This document shows, piece after piece, positions 54,533 through 64,000 of a stretch of DNA of 64,000 nt. Below the pieces are notes generated by a model that saw only the letters and a program-made list of their open reading frames with translations, did not search any database and was not told the DNA's origin. Position numbers and translations under genes: made by a program. Source of the DNA: Amoebidium appalachense (Eukaryota > Protista > Ichthyosporea); the NCBI GenBank assembly GCA_963693365.1, contig CAVNZM010000009.1:3040231-3104230 (forward strand), written 5' to 3'. The first letter of the stretch is position 1. Every line of letters starts with the position of its first letter.

Positions 54533-55898
54533 CATGCAACCGGGCCCGAGCACACACAGTTACACAAAGGCACATGGACACACACACGGACGCTTGTCCT
54601 TTCCCGCCCAGTCCGTTACCCATCCCTCTGATTTCTCTTCGTCCCATACACTGGGAAAGGATACCAAATGGGGGGGGGGGGGGGGGGGGGGGGGGGAGGG
54701 GGGGGGGGGGGGGGGGGGGGGGGAAGAGGGGGAGGAGGGGGGTATGGGGGGAGGGGGGTGGGAGGGCGGGGGGGTGGTCACCTCCCTGCAAAGATCTAAC
54801 AACCATGCTCCTCTCCCCCCTCCCCTCCCTCCCCCCACTCCCTCCCTCCCCCCCCCCCCCCCCCCCTCCCCCCCCCTATAGGCTGCTCTTCTGCATCATC
54901 TATTCCCTGATGTATAACTTTGATGATGTCAACAACACACACTGTAAGGTATGTAGCGTCACGATCCCCTGTGGACCTCCCCTGAGAATGGGCTCTACTT
55001 ATTATGCATCCTGTTAATGTGTGATTTGCACTCTGCATGGTGTTGTCCGTTGCTAATGTGTACTTCGTAATTTATAGAGCATTCAACCCCCCCCCCCCCC
55101 CCCAAAAAAAAAAAAAAAACCCTCCCCTGCCCTCGGGGAAAAAAAAAAAAGAAAGATTAAAAAACAGACCTTAACCAAGGAAAAAAACAAAACAAAACAA
55201 AGGAGAAGTACAGAGACTGGTACGGGATTGGGCAATCGACAGAAGGAACAGGGGACTAACCAGATCAGAATCCCGGTAGGGTGGTATATAGTAACCAGTA
55301 GGCCAAATGCCCGGGAGCTTTCTTTTCTTTTTTCCTTTCCTTCTTTCTTTCTTTTCTTTTCTTTTTTTTTTTTGGAGGGGGGGCGGGGGGAGGGGGGTCG
55401 TCCTTGGGGGGAGGGGGAGGGGGAAAAAGAGGGAGGTTTACAAAATCTCTAGAAAAGCAACGTCAATACAAACGAAAAATATAGGGTAAAAGAAAATAAA
55501 AAATGGATGCCTACATACTTTGTATGAGCCTCTCTCCCTGCGGGGACGGGCAGGGGGATGGCCAGGGTGAGTCAGGTTTGCATGGGTGGGTGAGTGGGGG
55601 AGGCGGGAAGGGGGGGGGGGGGGGGGGGGGGGGGGGCAAAGGGAGGGGGAGGGGAGAAGGGGAGGAAGGGGGAAGGGGGGGAGAGGTGGAGTGGGATAGG
55701 GAGGGGGACCGGGGGGGGGGGGGGGGGGGGGGGGAGGCATGTGAAAAGTGCAGAAGACAACAGATTGTGTTGCGTAGCAAAAGGCATCAGAGAAAATAAA
55801 TGGAAGAAAAGAAAAAAACAGTAGGCGCAAGGTGGGGGGGGGGGGGGGGGGGGGGATGCATATAAAATACACACACACACACACATGTATATTAGAAG

Positions 55899-55965
<67 letters not shown>

Positions 55966-55989
55966 GGTTATATATCGCACGCGTGCGCG

Positions 55990-56034
<45 letters not shown>

Positions 56035-57986
56035 CGAGAAAAAGAGACGTATTAACCCCGCATGCACGTGCAGGTAGCCAACATTGTACCCTCTCTCAGC
56101 AGCTGCATCGGCAACCACCACCCGCAGGTCTATGTGTGGCGCATGGCTGTGGCTGTCATGCTGGGCCAGAGGCTGGTCGATAGCTTTGCATACCACACAT
56201 ACCTCAATGTATGTATATCAATTTCCAAGTTCCCCCATTGCATACCACACATACCTCAATGTATGTATATCAATTTCCAACTCAACCCATTGCATACCAC
56301 ACATACCTCAATGTATGTATATCAATTTCCAACTCAACCCATTGCATTCCACACATACCTCAATGTATGTATATCAATTTCCAACTCAACCCATTGCATA
56401 CTACACATACCTCAATGTATGTATATCAGTTTCCAACTCAACCCATTGCATACCACACATACCTCAATGTATGTATATCAATTTCCAACTCAACCCATTG
56501 CATTCCACACATACCTCAATGTATGTATATCAATTTCCAACTCAACCCATTGCATACTACACATACCTCAATGTATGTATATCAGTTTCCTACTCAACCC
56601 ATTACTACCACACATACCTCAATGTATGGATATCAATTTTCCAACTCCCCCCATTGCATACGTACCTCGCATACCTCTATATAGGTGTATTGCCTTCGAA
56701 CCCTCCTCCACAGCATACCACACATACCTAAATGTGCGGATAGCCACCTCTTCCCTGAATGCCACACATAAATCAATGTGCGTATATCGTCTCGGATATT
56801 CCCTTTTCATTGCATACTCCATTTACCTCAATGTGCGTATATCCCCCCCCCCCCCCCCCCCCCCCGCCCCCCCCTCCTCCTCCTCCTCTCCCCCCACCTT
56901 AAAATTTATTCTTATTGTGCTACTGTGTTGTAGACAGAGGCCTGGACGAGCTAGGAACAAGCATTGTGAGGCAGAGATAGTAATGGGAGTAATGCCCCCC
57001 TCCCCCCGCCCCCTTCCCCCTCTCTCTCCCCCTCCCCTCCCTCTCTCCACTGCCCCTCCCCCCCCCCCTCCCCCCCCCCCCCCCCCCTCCCCTCCCCTTC
57101 TCTATAGGTTAGGGAGTCGGGGAGCTTTGTAGAAGCCCGGCTTATGCTCTATCTCTCTGCTTGCTTGCTTTGTTTTCTTGTCTGCTTGCAGATTTTGTAG
57201 ACTCTGCGTTCTTAGATTGCTGCTCCTTGAACAACCCTGCTCGTCTTTGGCCAAGACGGGTGGACTCGCCTATTGCTGTTGAAACAAAGTATGGGTTGGG
57301 AACCACGCACGAGAGGTTAAAGAGTCGAAAGCCATGCTTTTGTGGAGGCAAAGGAACCCCCCTGATGATGGGCTCTGTTCAAGTGTCTTCTGCCTGCACG
57401 CTTAAATTGCTTGATTTTGGATTTCCCACCTTTGTGACGCTTTGTTGTTGCTCTTTGTTGTCTCCTCCATATTTCCAACCCTCTAACGCATACATCACCC
57501 CCCTCCCCCCCCCCCCCCCCCCCTGGAAGAGGGGGGAAGGGAGGGGGGAGGGGGAGGGACGAGGTAAATAGGTAGGAGGTTATGGATGAACTGGAGGGTG
57601 AGGGAAAGGGGGGGGGGGAGGGAGGGGGGGGAAGGGGGGGGGGGGGGGGGGAGAGGAGATGTATTAGGTTGGAAGGTACGGAGAAGTGGGGGGGAAGGGG
57701 GGGATGAGTAAAGGGAAAGAGGGGGGGGGGGGGGGGGAGAGGGATGAGTAAAGGGAAGGGGGGGGGGGGGGGGGGGAGGGGGGGGGGGGCAGGTAGAATA
57801 GGTTGAGGGGGTTGGAGGAGTCGATAACGGGAAAAACATGAATTCGACCCGTTTTATTGCTCCACCCACTTCAGATTCTTTCCCTCTCTCTTCCACCTTG
57901 CAACTTCAACCAACCCCACTTAACCCCTCTCTAGTGCCCCCCCTCCCCTCCCCCCCCCCCCCCCCCCCCCCCCCCCGTTTCCAACC

Positions 57987-58035
<49 letters not shown>

Positions 58036-58864
58036 CAATAACAATAACAATAATATTAATAATAATAGTAATAATGGTAATGATAATAATGATAATAATG
58101 ATAATAATAATAGTGATAATATTAATAATTATAATAATAATGATAATAATAATAATGATAATATTGATAATGATAATAGACAGGCACACCAGAGCCACCA
58201 CTACCTCCAACAGGACCACGCACCCATTTGTCCCTACTTCTCACACAATCAAAAGTGCAAACAACCCGCCCTCACCCCCTCCCCCCCCCCCCCCCCCCCC
58301 CTCCCCTCCCTTGAATCAGATCCATTCTATTAACAAGAACATTATTAACACCTAGAACAATAACAGTAATAATTACATCATAACAACAACAACAATGACG
58401 ATATCACCAACATTCTCATCAACACTAACAACAACAACAATAACAGACTGGGCCTGTTCGCCGCTCAACAACAAAAACAATAATAATTGTATGCATAATC
58501 ATAGCAACCCCAACATTATCATCAAAACTAACAACAACAACAACACCAGACAGGTCCCGTTCGCCGCTCGACCTACCACCATTCCCTCAACCACCTCCAC
58601 CTCTTTCTCATGCTGACAGAAAACATGGCTCTTGTTCTTCTCACCTACGTTTCCTCCACCGAAAACCACCCCGTTCACGTAGCGGCGTTCACGACTTTCA
58701 TCACGTCGTCGCAGTTGCACATGGGGCTACTTGCATACCTGTACAAACTGAGCAAGGGCGGTATGATGATTGAGGAAGAGCATAGGTCTTACAGGTATGC
58801 GCTTCTTGCATCCCCCTGCTCTTTGTTGTCTTCTCCATATTTCCAACCCTCTAACGAATACATC

Positions 58865-58897
<33 letters not shown>

Positions 58898-61137
58898 TTC
58901 GAGGATGCATTGTGTTGTTCGTCATAAATGTGCACTTCTAGTCTGTAACACATTCTTACCTTACACCCCCCCCCTCCCCCCGTATGGGGTAATGACATAT
59001 AAAATTATAAAAAGGTCCAAGATAAAGACGTAAAATTAAGATAAGTATTGATAATTTAGGTGCAATAGCAAACAATGTTGTTTGAATAGTAGGAGACCCT
59101 TGATACACATCCGGAGTCCTGCACTGGTGTGCTTCTCTTTGTGTGCGTCCGTTTCCGTTTTTTTCAATTTACCAGATTTGGGAGGTCACACACAAGCACC
59201 ATTTTTCCTGTTCGTGTTTGTCGTCACTTTTGCATTTCGACTCATCGTAGCTTCTTCCCCCCAAATTGGGCTTGGACTCGACTTATGACTCACACTTCTT
59301 GTGTGTGCTTTGCAAAACCTACATTGTATTGTTTGTCGAGAATGTGTATTTCGTACTTTGTAGCAGATTTTAAGTTCCCCCCTCCCCCCTCCCCCCTCCC
59401 CCCTCCCCCCCTCTCCACCCATCCCACTCCCCCCGCCTCCCCCCCTCCCCTCCCCCCCCCCCCCCCCCCCCCCCCACACACACACCCCCTTCCATCCCCC
59501 CCCTCCCCCCGCCCTCCACACACACATACACAACTTAACCTACGCGAGCAAATCAAATGTGCAAGGCTAGCCTCATTCCATCGACGAAAATGCATCTCTC
59601 ACTCTTTCTCCGAAACCCCCCCCCCCCCCCGCTTTGCATTGCCTTGTCCGACTTGAGTGTCCATTTCGTGCTCTCAAAACCCTCCATCCCCCCCCCCCCC
59701 GCTTTACTTCCATGCAACCGGGCATGGTTGCTCTGTGTCGTGCATCTGTAAGCACATACACATTTTTCGCTGCACTGCATTAGTTTGCACACACATCTTC
59801 ACCGTTTTGCTCACCTTGCTTGCATAAGCAACCCTGCTCGTCTTTGATTAAGACGGGTTGACCCTCCCAAGTTCAGTTGATGCTGCTGTCTGAGTTGGAG
59901 AGTCGTATATACGCGGGCTAAGGGGTCGAAACTCAGACGCAATTGATGACTTGGGCCCTCCCTGAGGATGGGCTCTGCTTATTACGCATACTGTGCGCAT
60001 GGCTTATGTTGCATACTTGAATGTTTGCCTTTGCATGTGTCCTGCACCTTGCTTCTCATCGTGTATGCGTACTTCGTACCGTGTTCCGCATTCAAACCCC
60101 CCCCCCCCCTCCCCTCCCCGCCGCCTTCCTCCCCTTAGCCGGATGCATGATATATGTAGTGTGTGGGTGCTAACTTATGTGCATGGGGCAGGTGGAAGCT
60201 GCAGTGTCTGCAGGTCAATGTGACGGTGATGGCTCTGGCCTGCTACCTCTACTACAGACACAACACCTACTGCGAACCTTACAGTACGTTACCCCCTCAT
60301 TCACCACTTACACCAACTTGTGCACACACGCAAGCACATACAGACTCGCATGCATACATGCAGACACACACACGAACACCCGGACATGCACACATCCACA
60401 CCGCATGTGCGCACGCACAAGCACACACACTGCCTCACATGCGCGGATGCAGACGCACACACCCTTGCACACGCGAGCACCCAGACTCGAACGCATGCTT
60501 AAACATGTGCGTGCGCACACGCACACATAGACACAAACTCGCTCACTCACACACACTCACTATCTCACTATCTCCCAGAGCCGACCATGAACTTACTCCC
60601 GCTCCCCCCCCCCCCCCCCCCCCCCCCCTCCCCATTGCGTTTTATCTTGCCCATATTTTCGCCTTTTCAACTTTCCCCCCCCCCCCCCCCTCCCCCCCCC
60701 CCTTCTCCCCCACCCCCTCCCCCCCACCCCCCGGCACCCCCACCCACCCATCCTCCACCCCTCCCCCTCACACACGCACACACAAACACACATGCTTTGC
60801 TCCCTCTTTCTACGCATTCTTGCCCTATCAAATCACAACCACACACCTACCAATAATCATAGATCCACAAGGAAGCAATTAATCACATATATAGAGACGT
60901 GCTCGTGTTTATGCACATATGCACGTACGGCGTACAAGTGAGCTGAACTGTCCCCCTCCCCCCCCTCCCCCCCCCCCCCCCCCCCCCCACCCACCCCCAC
61001 CCCCCCTTCCTTCTCCGGCTCCCGTGACTTCCCTGGGACCGGTGTTGCTTGTGTTGTATGCTACGTTCACACTGTGTTTCTGTGCTATTTTCTTGGCTGT
61101 TGGTTCTCATTCCTTAAATCGTAGCAGTACACTCCAA

Positions 61138-61230
<93 letters not shown>

Positions 61231-61434
61231 CCCTCCCGGCTGCCCTCCATATTTCCCCCCTCCCCTTGCTAAAACACACACACACACACACATGCACGCA
61301 CGCGCACACGCACGCACGCACACACGCACACACGCACGCGCACGCACACGCACACGCACACGCACACGCACACGCACACGCACAAGCACACGCACACTCA
61401 CACGCACACGCACACGCACACGCACAACGCACGT

Positions 61435-61509
<75 letters not shown>

Positions 61510-61636
61510 GTACAGCCTGTTCAGCAGCTGTGAATGGACGGTTGTTTTTTCCAACATCTGGTACCACTACAGCGCAGTTTTGGACTTTGCTGATTGCAAT
61601 TTGAGTTTTGGCCCATCGCCTATGTCACGGCCATAA
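54255..61636 (+). CDS. PGAP2: Post-GPI attachment to proteins factor 2 (Frag1/DRAM/Sfk1 family), 249 aa, 6 exons
   Basis: Exons 54255-54337, 54882-54948, 56074-56208, 58550-58794, 60192-60283, 61509-61636 (750 nt, all GT-AG, in phase). Motifs THCKVANIVPSLSSCIG, PQVYVWR, ENMALVLLTYVSSTEN, YYRHNTYCEP, YSLFSSCEW..V.SNI.YH. Confidence 0.93.
54975..55010 (+). ncRNA. 3'-terminal remnant of the hammerhead-like element
   Basis: CCTCCCCTGAGAATGGGCTCTACTTATTATGCAT resembles CCCTCCCTGAGGATGGGCTCTGCTTATTACGCAT at 59956-59989. Confidence 0.5.
56187..56840 (+). repeat. 52-bp minisatellite (~9 good units, then degenerate) built from a PGAP2 exon/intron junction
   Basis: Unit TGCATACCACACATACCTCAAT|GTATGTATATCAATTTCCAACTCAACCCAT; the first unit overlaps the last 22 nt of exon 3. 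Confidence 0.95.
57226..57383 (+). ncRNA. Full copy of the hammerhead-like structured element
   Basis: 8-bp closing stem, CTCGTCTT/AAGACGGG hairpin, long irregular duplex, GAAA at 57327-57330, CTGATGA at 57362-57368. Confidence 0.6.
57985..58180. repeat. (AAT)n-type microsatellite
   Basis: Directly visible. Confidence 0.95.
59824..59982 (+). ncRNA. Full, divergent copy of the hammerhead-like structured element
   Basis: Closing stem ATAAGCA/TGCTTAT; same hairpin with a different loop; GTCTGAG-TT-GGAGAGTC, GGGGTC-GAAA-CTCAGAC, GGCCCTCC-CTGAGGA-TG-GGCTCT. Confidence 0.62.
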
Positions 61637-61840
61637 CGAATACGCATATATTTTCCGTAAATATACGTAATATAGTTTTTATCGTTCACGGGGGCGTGCT
61701 TAAAGACAGCAGAATAGGTTGTGCACACACAGACAGAGATTTACACAAAGCACTCAACAAAAGAATGAACAGGCATTCACGCACACCTGCACACGGCCAC
61801 ACTAGCACCCGCGCGCGCGCACACACACACACGCACACAC

Positions 61841-61889
<49 letters not shown>

Positions 61890-62138
61890 AAAAAGTGACT
61901 TCTGAAATGAATTAAAAACAATAGGAGGTATAACAAAGTCCCTTTATGAATAAAATAATTATAAAAGGTTGCAAACTACGCTCAAAATATGGCTTTTAAC
62001 TGCAATTCGAAGTACCAAATGTGTAATTATCGGTTTATGTATACATCCATCCGCCCAATCAAACATCTGAACAATACACTTTTTGCACTCCATTGACGAA
62101 ACGTAAATACGATCGAGCGAGCATATCTTGCGTGTTTA

Positions 62139-62270
62139 GGCGTGTTTGGCGCGCCATAATCGTATTATCGCCCCTAAATACGCATACCTCAAAATAATTT
62201 TATGAATACGATTCATCGTCTTTTCGCACAATAATACGAATACGATTATTTTCGGCTGCCAAACACGCCC
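62139..62270. mobile_element. Tourist-like mini-MITE or isolated PIF/Harbinger terminus
   Basis: GGCGTGTTTGGC ... GCCAAACACGCCC, TTA on both flanks (left TIR one G short); TIR similar to that of 15488-20854. Confidence 0.65.
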
Positions 62271-62523
62271 TTACCTATCTATCGGCCGCGGATTGGCCTC
62301 GTGATACATAGGTGTTTGTGCGACGTGTGTGTGTTTGTGTGCCTCCACACGTGTGCGTGCGTGTTAACTTCGTGTGGGGGTGCGCTTTTGTGTACACATG
62401 TGTGGGTGTGCTTTGTGTGTACATGTGTGCGTGTGTACTATGTACTCGTGTGTGTATGTGTGGGGGTGGGTACGTGTGTGCTGGTGTGTGTGTGTGTGGT
62501 GGTGGTGGTGGGGGGGGGGGGGT

Positions 62524-62557
<34 letters not shown>

Positions 62558-63179
62558 GGGACGTAAGGGCCAATTCTTGTTAAAAAAAAAAAAAAAAAGG
62601 AGGGAGGGCCGGGAAGGAGGGGGGGGGAGGGGGGTCGTCAGAGTCATCGAAAAGAAAAAAAAATCCCAAAATTCCCAAATTACGTCTGCAGAGATTTATT
62701 GAAATGAGCGCTACAAGCGACTCTGACATTCACTAATACATGATATTAAACCAACCATTGCATATTTGCTTAAAATAGCACTCATATCAGCACTGCCTGC
62801 AGCCCGAGTTGAAGATTTTAACCAAAACATTCGAACAACTACAGCATGGTATGACCGGCACACCACACCTTATACACGCTCAGGTCATTTAGATTAAAAA
62901 TACTTCAAACTATGATATTAATTAATAGGCATTATAATACTCTTGTTAGGACTTCAAAAGGAATTACATCACAAAGCTACAATTTTCTGAAATTCTGGCA
63001 TTGGAATAAACTTTTTTGACGGTTGAGTAGGTTGAAAACCCTCCACACAACCTTTTTCATCCTACTATAAATACGTCTTGCCGCATATGTCTTCATCACA
63101 AACCACTACCCAAGCCCCGCCACTATCCACCCGTTATCTCGACAGGCAGTACATCACCTTAGCCCTATCCCTGGTTTAT

Positions 63180-64000
63180 CTATCGGCGAGTATATCTATC
63201 GGCCGTTGGGAGAGGGGGGCTGTTGACGGTACGGGAGGGGTTCTTTGTCTTGACTGGGGACTCTTCGTCGGGGGTTTTTTCAGCGTCCAGGTAGCAATTT
63301 GCAGTGTCGCAGTATTTCTCGGGCCGGACCTCGTTGGAGGCGGCACCCCACTTGATAGGCTTAACCCAGTTCCTGGAAAATGAAAAAAGGGGGGTTAGAG
63401 ACATAGGTTTATGATAGCAAGATGGCGAAATTAAACCTATGTATTATACTATGATCAAAAAGAAAAACTTGCAAGAGTTGTTAGATGTAAGAGCACGCGT
63501 GCATGACATGCCCATGTATGGTAAGAGGGGGCGCAAAGAGGAATGCATGCTCACCTCAGGAATTCATATTTCTCTCCGTCGATGGCCTCATAGGGCATCT
63601 GTGGGTAGGCACCGTGGTCGAGGGCTGGGAGGAAGGAGACACCTGCAAACAGTATCCCCAAATCAGTCCATTTGTTGGAACATACACGAAATGAGCACAG
63701 AAACAAACACATAATGCAACATAGCAAGTCTATTGGCACGGCAAGGTTAAGGGAAAGGATGTGGCAACGGCATAGTCCTTGAACAAGGAAAAGGAGGGAA
63801 GCTCAGGGTGTGGGCAAGGATGGAGTGATGGTTTTGTGTGTGTGTAATGGTGTGTGTGTGTGTCTGTGTAAGGGCAGAGGGGGGGGGGAGGGGAGGGGGG
63901 GGGGAGAGAGAGAGAAACAGAGAGAGAGAGAGAGAGAGAGAGAGGAGGAGGGGGGGGAGGGGGAGGGGGGAGGGCAGGGGGTAGGAACACGTACCCTTTA
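63180..64000 (-). CDS. Class II (adenosylcobalamin-dependent, monomeric RTPR/NrdJ-type) ribonucleotide reductase, 3' exons
   Basis: Exon end 64000-63995, exons 63642-63555 and 63372-63180 splice in phase to KGVSFLPALDHGAYPQMPYEAIDGEKYEFLRNWVKPIKW...EKYCDTANC; the GVSFLP / Y.Q.PYE.I motifs and the C-terminal Cys pair are typical of this family. Confidence 0.8.

Noticed and set aside
56187-56660. CRISPR-like regular array
   Set aside because: Units repeat in full with no unique spacers, there are no cas genes and the context is a eukaryotic intron; it is a minisatellite.
59888-59950. Box C/D snoRNA reading of the structured element (CTGA, TGATGA)
   Set aside because: These boxes are not conserved in the 57-kb and 48-kb copies and are not at the termini; kept only as an alternative to test with Rfam.

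Overview
Eukaryotic, intron-rich, microsatellite- and poly-C/G-rich genomic DNA, probably from a unicellular opisthokont-like organism (inference). About 3.5-28 kb is a nest of transposable elements: a TA-flanked Tc1/mariner-type element with a broken cargo ORF, stacked LINE 3' fragments, a young non-autonomous gypsy-type LTR element, an intron-containing PIF/Harbinger element interrupted by a tandem-array TRIM with a copia-type PBS, and several MITEs. About 28-64 kb holds spliced host genes reconstructed by hand: an R7-like DEP-DHEX-RGS gene (+), an intronless secreted protein of bacterial-looking type (+), a large unidentified gene (-), PGAP2/Frag1 (+) and the 3' end of a class II (B12-dependent) ribonucleotide reductase (-). 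Three unexplained signals stand out. (1) A ~158-nt intronic element with covarying stems carries all hammerhead-ribozyme core motifs in a non-canonical strand order; its five copies or fragments are all sense to their host genes. (2) Introns contain duplicates of exon edges that differ from the real exons mostly at synonymous positions. (3) Tiny reverse-complement-templated insertions recur as a mutational signature. All calls are by eye; no database search or folding program was run.
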